Part shown: one piece after another, positions 19,079 through 27,247 of the stretch | How positions within the stretch are numbered: the stretch's first letter is position 1 | Layout: every line of letters starts with the position of its first letter | Notes under the pieces: generated by a model | What the model was told of the DNA's origin: nothing | Databases searched by the model: none | What the model saw: the letters and a program-made list of their open reading frames with translations, nothing else | Source: Nonlabens ponticola | Lineage (GTDB): Bacteria; Bacteroidota; Bacteroidia; Flavobacteriales; Flavobacteriaceae | Assembly (NCBI RefSeq): GCF_003966335.1 | Contig: NZ_CP034549.1 | Coordinates: 600,001 to 632,000 of the forward strand | Direction: 5' to 3' | DNA: 32,000 nucleotides | Program-made: the position numbers and the translations under genes

Positions 19079-20068
19079 TTAGACCAGCTTTTTGTCGATC
19101 AAATATTGAGCGATTTGAACAGCGTTTGTAGCTGCTCCTTTTCTCAAGTTGTCGGACACGATCCACATGTTTAAGGTGTTTTCTTGAGAATGATCGCGTC
19201 TTATGCGACCCACAAAAACATCATCCTTACCTGCTGCCATGAGCGGCATCGGGTATAGATTTACATCTGGATTGTCTTGAACGGTAACGCCGCTTGTATT
19301 GGCCAGCAGCGTGCGTACTTCCTGCTCGGTGAAATCATTCTCAAACTCTACGTTCACAGATTCTGAATGGCCACCTACTACTGGTATGCGCACTGCGGTT
19401 GCTGTGACGGCAATAGTTCGATCGTCTAGAATTTTTTGAGTCTCGCGTACAAGCTTTAATTCTTCTTTGGTATAACCGTTTTCTTCAAAAACATCGCAAT
19501 GCGGTAAGGCGTTTTTATGAATTTGGTATGGATAGGCCATCTCACCTTGATTTCCAGCAAATTCATTTTCTAATTGTTGTACTGCTTTAACACCAGTTCC
19601 TGTAATAGACTGATAGGTAGAAATTACCAGACGTTTGATTTTAAAACGCTCATGCAGTGGTGCTAGCGCCATGACCAGCTGAATGGTGGAACAGTTGGGA
19701 TTTGCAATAATTTTATCGCTTGATGATAATTGTGCAGCGTTGATCTCTGGCACTACCAGTTTTTTATCTGCATCCATGCGCCATGCGCTAGAGTTATCGA
19801 TAACGGTGGTACCGGCCGCAGCAAATCGTGGTGCATGTTCCAGACTCACGCTACCACCAGCACTAAATAATGCAATGGCAGGTTTCATGGCGATAGCATC
19901 ATCCATACTTACCACCTTTACCTGTTTACCCTTGAAGGTGATCTCGCTACCAACTGATCTAGCTGAAGCGACAGGTATTAAAGTGGTGATGTCTAGATTT
20001 CTCTCTTCTAGAACCTTGAGCATGACTTGACCTACCATACCGGTAACGCCTACAACTGCTATTTTCAT
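19079..20068 (-). CDS. asd: Aspartate-semialdehyde dehydrogenase
   Basis: 329 aa. It has the NAD-binding N-terminus MKIAVVGVTGMVGQ and the active-site motif NPNCSTIQL. Confidence 0.93.
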   Translation of the reverse strand: MKIAVVGVTGMVGQVMLKVLEERNLDITTLIPVASARSVGSEITFKGKQVKVVSMDDAIAMKPAIALFSAGGSVSLEHAPRFAAAGTTVIDNSSAWRMDADKKLVVPEINAAQLSSSDKIIANPNCSTIQLVMALAPLHERFKIKRLVISTYQSITGTGVKAVQQLENEFAGNQGEMAYPYQIHKNALPHCDVFEENGYTKEELKLVRETQKILDDRTIAVTATAVRIPVVGGHSESVNVEFENDFTEQEVRTLLANTSGVTVQDNPDVNLYPMPLMAAGKDDVFVGRIRRDHSQENTLNMWIVSDNLRKGAATNAVQIAQYLIDKKLV

Positions 20069-20086
20069 GATGAATTATTTTGTGGG

Positions 20087-20094
20087 CAAATGTA
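20087..20094 (-). promoter_or_regulatory. Candidate -7 box (TACATTTG) for asd
   Basis: The minus strand matches TAnnTTTG 19 nt upstream of the asd ATG. Confidence 0.4.
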
Positions 20095-20140
20095 TTAATC
20101 GGACGTTTAAAACAGGTATTTAATTCTTAAAATAAGGCAT

Positions 20141-20172
20141 AGAAAAAGCCGCTACTATAATAGAAGCGGCTT
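20141..20172 (-). terminator. Rho-independent terminator after mscL
   Basis: On the minus strand, stem aagccgct / agcggctt followed by TTTTCT. Confidence 0.7.
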
Positions 20173-20194
20173 ATCCTATAAATTGTGTAGGGAA

Positions 20195-20611
20195 TTAGTT
20201 TTGTGCCTTGATGGCGTCTCTAATTTCCATGAGAAGCTTTTCTTCTTTAGATGGTCCTGGATCTTCTTTTTTCTCTTCCTCTTTCTTAGCTCTTACCTTG
20301 TTGTAAGCTTTGACAATCATGAACATTACAAACCCTATGATGATCAAGGAAACTATAGTGTTTATCCATTCACCGTATAAGATGGCGGCTTCTGGACTGG
20401 TTTCAGTTCCATCTGCGGCGACTTGAGCTTCTGCGAGCACATATTTTAGGTCAGCAAAATCAACGCCACCCGTTAGATAACCCACAATAGGCATCATGAT
20501 GAAGTTTACAAATCCTTTTACAACGGCACTGATGGCACCAGCCATGATGACCGCAATTGCCAGATCCACGACATTACCTGTCATGATAAAATTCTTAAAT
20601 TCTTTAAGCAT
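20195..20611 (-). CDS. mscL: Large-conductance mechanosensitive channel
   Basis: 138 aa. It has the hallmark N-terminus MLKEFKNFIMTGNVVDLAIAVIMAGA, two TM helices and a charged C-terminus. Confidence 0.93.
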   Translation of the reverse strand: MLKEFKNFIMTGNVVDLAIAVIMAGAISAVVKGFVNFIMMPIVGYLTGGVDFADLKYVLAEAQVAADGTETSPEAAILYGEWINTIVSLIIIGFVMFMIVKAYNKVRAKKEEEKKEDPGPSKEEKLLMEIRDAIKAQN

Positions 20612-20645
20612 AATGAATGATTTAGTTGATTACAGGGAACAATTT

Positions 20646-20680
20646 AAAACATTACAAGTTTATGCGACTGTAAAACTTGT
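20646..20680 (-). terminator. Weak candidate terminator after alr
   Basis: 8-bp AT-rich stem acaagttt / aaacttgt with an 11-nt loop. On the minus strand it is followed by AATGTTTTAA. Confidence 0.3.
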
Positions 20681-20730
20681 CTCAATAGATGCCACAATCG
20701 ATAAATGATTAAATACAGCGATAAGATGCT

Positions 20731-21831
20731 TTATGAAATTATGTACTCTCGTTGCACTCGTTTTTGAATACCTGTGAGCAATTCATAGCTTATGGTTCCG
20801 GCATTCTCGGCAAGATCTCGCGCTGTATGTTTCTCGTCAAATATGATTACTTCATCGCCTACCTTACAGTCAATATCTGTTACATCGACCATAAACATGT
20901 CCATGCAAATGATTCCCAGCGTTGGCGCCCATGACCCATTGATTTTCACTTGTGCATTGCCATAGCCATAAATACGATTGATGCCATCGCCGTGACCTAG
21001 CGCGATGACCGCAATCTTCATATCTGTTGTTGCTTTGTGGCTGCGATTGTAGCTTATACTCGCGCCTTTTTTAACTTCACGCAACTGTGATACCTGCGAT
21101 TTGAGTGAGCCAACAGGCATTAAGTGTTTGTCATGTTCTAGATCATTGCCATAGCCGTACAACCCTATGCCAGATCGTACCATGCTATGGTGACCAGCCT
21201 TGTAATTAAGGATACCACTGGTGTTGTCGGTATGCTTTAAAAACTTATAACCAAGTTTTTCCTCTAATTGCTGAGTCACTTTTTCAAATGCATCTAATTG
21301 AGACTCGGTAAACTCGCGCTCATCATGATCCTCGCTTGCGGCAAGATGCGACTGCACTCCTCGCACTTTAACTGCATCAGTGTTGGATAGTAGTTCTAAC
21401 ACTTGGTCGATTTCTTCAAGTTCTATTCCTATGCGGTTCAATCCAGTATTGAACTCTAAGTGTATAGGATAGTTCTTTTGGGATTCCGCTTTCGCGAAAG
21501 CTAAAATATTATCCAGCATATCCACACTATAAATTACTGGCTCCACACATCGTTGTATGCAATCCACCAGCGTGTGTGATTGTGGATGCAATACAAGAAT
21601 GGGTTTTGTGATTCCTGTATCGCGCAGTTCTATGGCTTCTTCTGTATAAGCAACCGCAAAATAATCTGTGCCTAATTCCTGTAACTTTTTACTGATCTCG
21701 ATGATACCATGACCGTAGGCATTTGCCTTGACGACAGCCATAAATAGAACGCCTGGATCCAGTTGCGATTTTAGGTAATTAAAATTGTGTTCTAGTGCCT
21801 TGAGATTGACTTCTAGTCGCGTTCCTTGCAT
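20731..21831 (-). CDS. alr: Alanine racemase
   Basis: 366 aa. The PLP-Lys motif is AVVKANAYGHG. NTGLNRIG and a C-terminal domain with the catalytic Tyr region (SISYNRSH) are also present. Confidence 0.92.
   Translation of the reverse strand: MQGTRLEVNLKALEHNFNYLKSQLDPGVLFMAVVKANAYGHGIIEISKKLQELGTDYFAVAYTEEAIELRDTGITKPILVLHPQSHTLVDCIQRCVEPVIYSVDMLDNILAFAKAESQKNYPIHLEFNTGLNRIGIELEEIDQVLELLSNTDAVKVRGVQSHLAASEDHDEREFTESQLDAFEKVTQQLEEKLGYKFLKHTDNTSGILNYKAGHHSMVRSGIGLYGYGNDLEHDKHLMPVGSLKSQVSQLREVKKGASISYNRSHKATTDMKIAVIALGHGDGINRIYGYGNAQVKINGSWAPTLGIICMDMFMVDVTDIDCKVGDEVIIFDEKHTARDLAENAGTISYELLTGIQKRVQREYIIS
21480..21505. repeat. In-CDS copy of the palindromic element (23/26), encoding LAFAKAES in alr
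   Basis: GGGATTCCGCTTTCGCGAAAGCTAAA. The coding strand reads tta gct ttc gcg aaa gcg gaa tcc c, and the element's TAA is replaced by GAA. Confidence 0.85.
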
Positions 21832-21839
21832 AAAGGTGT

Positions 21840-22478
21840 TTAGGATCCTGTCTTGTGTTTCACTTCTTCGGCATCGCTTACGGGTATGTCCTTGACACGA
21901 CTGGAAAGCATCGCCTTATAATAGGCACCGCGACTCAACGGCTCATATTCTTGTTGTTCACCCAGCATGACAACACTGTCGTTGTCTGTCTTGCGATAGC
22001 TGTACTGTGCCAGGTTTCCCGTGCGTGTGCATACGGCGTGGACTTTTGTCACGTATTCCGCAGTCGCCATGAGTGCAGGCATTGGGCCAAATGGATTGCC
22101 CTTAAAATCCATGTCTAGTCCAGCGACGATGACTCTTATACCGCGATTTGCAAGATTATTGCAAACACTCACAATCTCATCGTCAAAAAACTGAGCCTCA
22201 TCAATACCTACAACCTGACAGCCTGTGGCAAGCAGCGGTATGTTTGCTGCAGCGGGAACTGGTGTGCTGTGTATTTCATTAGCATCGTGTGAGACTACCA
22301 TGTCCTCATCATATCGCACATCGATGGCAGGTTTGAAAATTTCTACTTTTTGATGTGCAAATTGTGCACGCTTGAGCCTGCGTATCAACTCCTCTGTTTT
22401 TCCAGAAAACATGGAGCCGCAGATCACCTCGATCCAACCGAATTGCTCCTCGTGATTTACGGTATTTTCTAGAAACAT
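21840..22478 (-). CDS. tdk: Thymidine kinase
   Basis: P-loop [15 protein letters not shown] and [10 protein letters not shown]. The 43-codon N-terminal extension in the track ORF is Cys/Phe-rich and overlaps the divergent promoter region, so I chose the ATG at 22478 (MFLENTV...). Confidence 0.9.
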   Translation of the reverse strand: MFLENTVNHEEQFGWIEVICGSMFSGKTEELIRRLKRAQFAHQKVEIFKPAIDVRYDEDMVVSHDANEIHSTPVPAAANIPLLATGCQVVGIDEAQFFDDEIVSVCNNLANRGIRVIVAGLDMDFKGNPFGPMPALMATAEYVTKVHAVCTRTGNLAQYSYRKTDNDSVVMLGEQQEYEPLSRGAYYKAMLSSRVKDIPVSDAEEVKHKTGS

Positions 22479-22528
22479 TTTGTAATTTACAGACTCTTGT
22501 GGGACGTTGCATTTACTTGCAAACATCC

Positions 22529-22536
22529 CAAAAATA
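22529..22536 (-). promoter_or_regulatory. Candidate -7 box (TATTTTTG) for tdk-alr
   Basis: The minus strand matches TAnnTTTG about 50 nt upstream of the tdk ATG. Confidence 0.3.
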
Positions 22537-22565
22537 CAAATAAACCAGCGGCATATTACAGCATT

Positions 22566-23738
22566 ATGAAAAAGAAAATAGCAGCAGATCTTACCAGCCT
22601 TGCACACCGTATTCTACAACATAAAAAGAAGGATGATGTGGTCGAGCTGCAAGCAATTGCCAAGGAATTATATGAAAAATTAACCGTGCTGGCGTTTACT
22701 GAGAAGCACTTTGGCGATGTAAAGCCTACCGCGGGAACTAAAGAAGTAGAGCAGCGTCTTGATCAGGCATTTCAAGAAGCCCAGCGAGACGTTCGAGAAA
22801 CTAGTGATGAGGTAGAACAAGTCATGGAAGAAGCTCAAGAAGAGGTGCGCGAGGCATTTTCTACCAACAATCTGAGTGACCTGTTTGTCGCCGATACCGA
22901 TACGAGGGAAGAAATGGACTTGCCTGGTATAAGCACCATACAGCAAATGGTAGTAGAGATGCCCGATGAGGCGCCAGACGCACCTGAAGAAGAAGATGCA
23001 GAAGGCTATCGCACTACAGGAAAACTGCCTAATCGATATAGAGATTCCTTTACTACTAATAGTTTGACACAGCTTGAAGTGCCTGAAGATGGTAATAGAG
23101 ACGACATGGATCTTCCAGGAATATCGACCATCAACGAGATGGTAGGTAATATGCCCGACAAGTCTCCAGAAACTCCAGAACCTTCTGAAAAGATTTACCA
23201 CGACCTTAAAAAGGAAAGGGACAAAGAACTTGAAAAAGAACGTCAAAGCTATACCACAAATAGCCTGACGCATCTAGTAGTGCCTGAAGATGGACAAGAT
23301 GACGAGATGGACCTACCTGGAATAGGAACTATTCATAAGCTAGTCACAGAGTTTCCCTATGATGATGAACCAGAGTTAAAAACGCCCAAACAATCTACTA
23401 CCACAGACCTGGAACAATTGACCGCAGATTTTCAAACCATGCCTGTTTTTGAGCGCAAGGACGAGAGCAACGCAACCGCAAGACCGCAATCGCTCAATTC
23501 ATCATTGGGCAAAGGCTTTAAAGTAGGTATGAATGATCGTATAGGATTTGTCAAGCATCTTTTTAAAGGCAGCACCGCCGACTTTGATAGAGTACTATCG
23601 CAACTCAATACCTTTAAGACTTATGACGAGGCCAGCAACTTTATACACACCATGATAAAACCAGATTACAATCAATGGTCTGGTAAAGAAGCCTATGAAC
23701 AGCGCTTCATGGAATTAATAGAGCGCAATTATAATTAA
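22566..23738 (+). CDS. Hypothetical acidic protein with three tandem approximately 65-aa repeats
   Basis: The first ATG ([17 protein letters not shown]) is at 22566; the track start at 22497 is a TTG. The protein has a helical N-terminus, a highly acidic middle with three xTTNSLTxLxVPEDGxxDxMDLPGIxTI repeats, and a C-terminal region of about 90 aa ([21 protein letters not shown]...). I recognise no family. Confidence 0.75.
   Translation: MKKKIAADLTSLAHRILQHKKKDDVVELQAIAKELYEKLTVLAFTEKHFGDVKPTAGTKEVEQRLDQAFQEAQRDVRETSDEVEQVMEEAQEEVREAFSTNNLSDLFVADTDTREEMDLPGISTIQQMVVEMPDEAPDAPEEEDAEGYRTTGKLPNRYRDSFTTNSLTQLEVPEDGNRDDMDLPGISTINEMVGNMPDKSPETPEPSEKIYHDLKKERDKELEKERQSYTTNSLTHLVVPEDGQDDEMDLPGIGTIHKLVTEFPYDDEPELKTPKQSTTTDLEQLTADFQTMPVFERKDESNATARPQSLNSSLGKGFKVGMNDRIGFVKHLFKGSTADFDRVLSQLNTFKTYDEASNFIHTMIKPDYNQWSGKEAYEQRFMELIERNYN
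22857..23381 (+). repeat. Three tandem coding repeats (periods 64 and 67 codons) inside the acidic protein
   Basis: The repeats are [80 protein letters not shown] and [41 protein letters not shown]. Confidence 0.85.
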
Positions 23739-23759
23739 TCACTACAAACCAACCATCTT

Positions 23760-24110
23760 ATGAAAATCGCTTACTGGATCGTTACAGTTCTTTTCTGCTT
23801 GATGATGACATTCTCTGCAGGAATGTACCTCTTCAATAGTGAATACATTTTTACAGAGTTTGTCAAACTAGGCTTCCCAACATGGATCGTGTATCCGCTC
23901 GCTGGCGCGAAGCTATTAGGTGTCGCCACCATTCTCATTAGAAAAAATAGATCCCTGGTAGAATGGGCCTATGCGGGCTTCTTTTTTAATATTCTGCTAG
24001 CCATGCTGGCACATATCGTCATTGTGGATGGTGAGCAATGGGGCGCGCTCGTTGCACTAATCATGGCCATGAGTTCTTATTTCCTAGGTAAAAAGGCAAG
24101 ACCGTTATAG
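23760..24110 (+). CDS. DoxX-like small integral membrane protein
   Basis: 116 aa with four predicted TM helices. Size and pattern are DoxX-like, and it starts 21 nt after the preceding gene. Confidence 0.6.
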   Translation: MKIAYWIVTVLFCLMMTFSAGMYLFNSEYIFTEFVKLGFPTWIVYPLAGAKLLGVATILIRKNRSLVEWAYAGFFFNILLAMLAHIVIVDGEQWGALVALIMAMSSYFLGKKARPL

Positions 24111-24123
24111 TGCTATTTTTTTT

Positions 24124-24149
24124 GGGATTACGCTTTCGCGAAAGCGTAA
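24124..24149. repeat. Archetype copy of the 26-bp palindromic element
   Basis: GGGATTACGCTTTCGCGAAAGCGTAA. Positions 24128-24149 are a perfect 22-bp palindrome. It lies 13 nt after the DoxX stop and has no adjacent T-run. Confidence 0.9.
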
Positions 24150-24216
24150 CCACTACAATAACCGCAATGCTACCTAAAGACATCGCGGTATAAATGAACA
24201 ATATCAATACACCTGT

Positions 24217-25368
24217 ATGACAACTTACCAAAGCCGACTGCGTCAGGCTCAATCCTATTTGCAGGATCAAGACGTGGATCTGGGTTATCGCTTGCTGCTG
24301 GACTGCACGATTGATACTCAAGATATGTCGCTGTATAAAAGAGCCATTGAGCTTACTGACTGGCGAGAGCATCATGCAAACCACACTAAAGATTTTATCA
24401 CCAAAGCCTTGAGTCTAAGCGAGGCACTCACCCATGTGCAACCAGATGAACATGAGCATGAGGCAGTTGTCATCACTGCCAAAGATGTTGAGAAAAAGTA
24501 CCGGCGTGATGGCTTTAAATTGGGACCTATCAACCTACAGCTACATAAATCGCAGGTCTATGGTCTGGTAGGCGAGAACGGTAATGGTAAGACGACGTTG
24601 TTGCGGATACTGGCACAAGAACTGGCACATGATTCTGGTGCAGTTGATTACTCTTTAAAGGCTGACACCCAAACAAATTATGACCTGCGCTCGCGATTAG
24701 CTTATGTACCGCAGCGCACGGAGCAGTGGTATGGGCCGCTGATGGATAATTTAAAGTTTGTACTTGCTAATTATAATGTGGCACCAGATGAAATTGAGAC
24801 TAGAGCGCTCATGATGGTGGCTCGCATGGGTTTATGGTCTTATAAGGATTTGAAATGGAGCGAGCTTTCTTCAGGCTATAAGATGCGCTTTGAACTTGCG
24901 AGAACTTTATTGAGACAGCCCGAAGTGTTGTTGCTGGATGAGCCGCTAGCAAACCTGGACGTGCTTGCACAACAGGTAATTCTAGAGGACTTGAAATCCA
25001 TATGCAACTCGCCTGTCAATCCAGTGGCGCTTATATTGAGTTCACAGCAATTGTACGAGGTCGAGAAAGTATCTGATAGAGTCATTTTCTTAAAAAAAGG
25101 ATCACAAGAAATCCAGGAGCAATCTGACAATGCTGATGTGCTACAACTTATTATTGAAATGGACATTAAGGCCACCAGAAACGAACTTGAATCTGCATTG
25201 CAACCTGTAGGATTACAAAAGCTAATATTCAATGGCGGTATCTACATTGCTTATTTTAAAGAAACCACTTCATTCAATCAAGTTCTAAGCATTCTAGGCA
25301 CTACTCAAGCTGACGTTGTTTATGTCAGGAATATTTCAAAATCAACTAGAAGATTTTTTATCGATTAA
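24217..25368 (+). CDS. ABC-type ATPase with an N-terminal extension of about 90 aa and a non-canonical switch residue
   Basis: Walker A is GENGNGKTT, the Q-loop is YVPQRT, the signature is LSSGYKMR and Walker B is VLLLDEP. The switch position reads SSQ (Gln277) where SSH is expected. Confidence 0.85.
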   Translation: MTTYQSRLRQAQSYLQDQDVDLGYRLLLDCTIDTQDMSLYKRAIELTDWREHHANHTKDFITKALSLSEALTHVQPDEHEHEAVVITAKDVEKKYRRDGFKLGPINLQLHKSQVYGLVGENGNGKTTLLRILAQELAHDSGAVDYSLKADTQTNYDLRSRLAYVPQRTEQWYGPLMDNLKFVLANYNVAPDEIETRALMMVARMGLWSYKDLKWSELSSGYKMRFELARTLLRQPEVLLLDEPLANLDVLAQQVILEDLKSICNSPVNPVALILSSQQLYEVEKVSDRVIFLKKGSQEIQEQSDNADVLQLIIEMDIKATRNELESALQPVGLQKLIFNGGIYIAYFKETTSFNQVLSILGTTQADVVYVRNISKSTRRFFID

Positions 25369-25371
25369 CGC

Positions 25372-27129
25372 ATGACCATTATGAAAAATCTTTTCAACCG
25401 TATTGACCAAAAATTACTCGAGCGCTATCCAACTATTTGGAATACCAAAGTTGTCTGGATGTTACTTGCAGGCACCGCGCTACATGGATTCTTTTTTATT
25501 CTTGGACTTTTTGCCTTGACAGATCCTAAATCGCTACAATCTTATGACGCACTTAATTCATACTTTGGGAGTGGTTCCTTTTTTATAGGTCTGATTATTT
25601 CTATCCTTTTGATCACGCTATGGGTCGTGATGATGTTTAGGAATAATGCATTCAAAAATTTCTATAGCTACAGCGCAGGACAGCTTTTTTTTCAGTTTTG
25701 TAGTTATCTGGTGATTATTATTTACAGCATCAGTTTTTACTACTCGTATACGCTGGGTTTACAGGCTTATATTAGTACAACATATACTGATGAGATTGTA
25801 GAACAAGACTTGCTATCCGCAAACCGCGGCGCTCAATTTGTAAGTCAACAGCTGTCAGATTATACACTGGATGAAGCGACTTATCCAGAAGTCCTAAGCC
25901 AACTACATGCCGAAACTAGATCCAACCTTATTGACTACAGCAAGCCTCACTATCAATTTGCAAATTTAAATTACCAATTCTCAACCGTCGATTCTGTCAT
26001 TACACAGCGTCAGGAAAGAAACTTGTTTTATGCAGATACAAGCGCTACCCGAATAGGATCGAGAGATCAGGATGATCTAACAATTATATATTATAAAGAT
26101 CAGGTACAAGATGTCTCTGATAATTTGATTGTCATTGCGCCATCTTACTGGCATTACAGCAGCCTATTTTTTGAGGCAGGCCAGCAATTTAACGGTGATT
26201 ACAATTCTTTTATCACTAATAAACCGTTTGATGGATTTGAAAGAAAGATGATGTCAAGTTATCATCGTTCTATACTTTCTAGAAATGTGGAGCTAATGAA
26301 AAGCGGTGATCGACAAGCTTTTCAAGAGATGCTTACAAAATATCTTGATGTAGCTGCCAAGTATAAGGTAGAGACCAATCTTGATGCGAGCACCTGGATG
26401 GATCTAGTCTATAATCCAGATACATTTGAGGTAAAAGCATTGCTGCAGCAGAGTAAGCCTGAAAATGTGATTGAGGCCTATCCAGTCTCTTACAGTAATA
26501 ATAGCGAGTTCAATAAATTTTCTAAATCTATAGAAACAGATTATTATATCAATCAAATTAATCTGAGAAAGGTTTTTGAAAACCTAGAGGACATCAAGAC
26601 CTCAAACATCTTTAACGGGTCCATACATGCTTTTATATGGATTAGCTTTGGCATTGGTTTACTGCTGTTTTTATTCAGGATAAGCAGCTTGCGCATTTTG
26701 ATATTTACCATAGTCGCGATAGGTGTGGTTGTACTACTACTCTCGTTTGTTATTGCATTCACATCTTTGATAAACAACGCACTTGAGGAATTCAGTATTT
26801 ATTCCCTCGTTATTATTACACTATTGGGCACCATTTTGTGTGGTGTATTTGCTTTGAGCCATTTTCGCAAATTTGTGGCTGGTATCATCATGAATATGAC
26901 GCTGATCTACATTGTACCGCTCTTGTTTTTCATCGCATTATTAATTGATGAGATCAGGCAGGCGCGATGCATTGCACGGACTACAATAGATATAGGCAAT
27001 GCATCATGCTATCCTAGTTTTTGGGGTGAACTTGAGTATTTAAGCTATGGTGTCATGCTGCTGTCCATCATCTTTATTGCTTTCTACTGCAACAAAGTAT
27101 TGAAATGGCGTGCGTTACCAGAATCTTGA
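25372..27129 (+). CDS. Hypothetical polytopic membrane protein (about 8 TM with a central soluble domain of about 270 aa)
   Basis: 585 aa. The ATG is 3 nt after the ABC ATPase stop. There are three N-terminal and five C-terminal hydrophobic helices flanking residues about 131-410. I recognise no family motif. Confidence 0.7.
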   Translation: MTIMKNLFNRIDQKLLERYPTIWNTKVVWMLLAGTALHGFFFILGLFALTDPKSLQSYDALNSYFGSGSFFIGLIISILLITLWVVMMFRNNAFKNFYSYSAGQLFFQFCSYLVIIIYSISFYYSYTLGLQAYISTTYTDEIVEQDLLSANRGAQFVSQQLSDYTLDEATYPEVLSQLHAETRSNLIDYSKPHYQFANLNYQFSTVDSVITQRQERNLFYADTSATRIGSRDQDDLTIIYYKDQVQDVSDNLIVIAPSYWHYSSLFFEAGQQFNGDYNSFITNKPFDGFERKMMSSYHRSILSRNVELMKSGDRQAFQEMLTKYLDVAAKYKVETNLDASTWMDLVYNPDTFEVKALLQQSKPENVIEAYPVSYSNNSEFNKFSKSIETDYYINQINLRKVFENLEDIKTSNIFNGSIHAFIWISFGIGLLLFLFRISSLRILIFTIVAIGVVVLLLSFVIAFTSLINNALEEFSIYSLVIITLLGTILCGVFALSHFRKFVAGIIMNMTLIYIVPLLFFIALLIDEIRQARCIARTTIDIGNASCYPSFWGELEYLSYGVMLLSIIFIAFYCNKVLKWRALPES

Positions 27130-27150
27130 TAATTGTGTAGACGGTTGCTG

Positions 27151-27196
27151 ATGATTACGCTTTCGCGCCTGCCTGTCGGCAGACAGGAAAGCGTAA
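27151..27196. repeat. Composite palindromic element whose arms are split by a 20-bp secondary palindrome
   Basis: atGATTACGCTTTCGCG + cctgcctgtcggcagacagg + AAAGCGTAA. The arms match the archetype at 24/26. The insert contains a cctgtc/gacagg hairpin. Confidence 0.8.
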
Positions 27197-27247
27197 TTAT
27201 CAAAAGCCAATTGGATCCTAAACAGCAACGTGACCATAAATAAAACG

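Noticed and set aside
19683-20030. A 115-aa ORF antisense within asd. The antisense ORFs within accC (10182-10844, 11235-11522) and atpA/atpG (29710-31911) fall in the same category.
   Set aside because: These are shadow ORFs inside strongly supported conserved genes. They have low-complexity or odd composition and no independent start or regulatory context.
22479-22607. N-terminal extensions in the ORF track: tdk to 22607, the acidic protein from 22497, the oligopeptidase to 17748, the ABC ATPase to 15494, and the MBL hydrolase from 2950.
   Set aside because: The extensions start at TTG or GTG, or run through divergent promoter or terminator sequence, and they lack homology-like content. 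Internal ATGs give canonical N-termini such as a signal peptide, a P-loop context, or MLQLDNVSF.
22680-23273. A 197-aa ORF antisense to the acidic repeat protein.
   Set aside because: Antisense of GAA/GAT/GAG-rich codons is naturally free of stops. The product is rich in Phe, Trp, Arg and Cys with no sensible motif. The plus-strand frame has structured N- and C-terminal domains and peptide-level repeat conservation.
24061-24384. A 107-aa minus-strand ORF spanning the DoxX end, the palindromic element and the start of the ABC ATPase.
   Set aside because: It overlaps two better-supported plus-strand genes and reads through the repeat (…TLSRKRNP…). It is most likely spurious.
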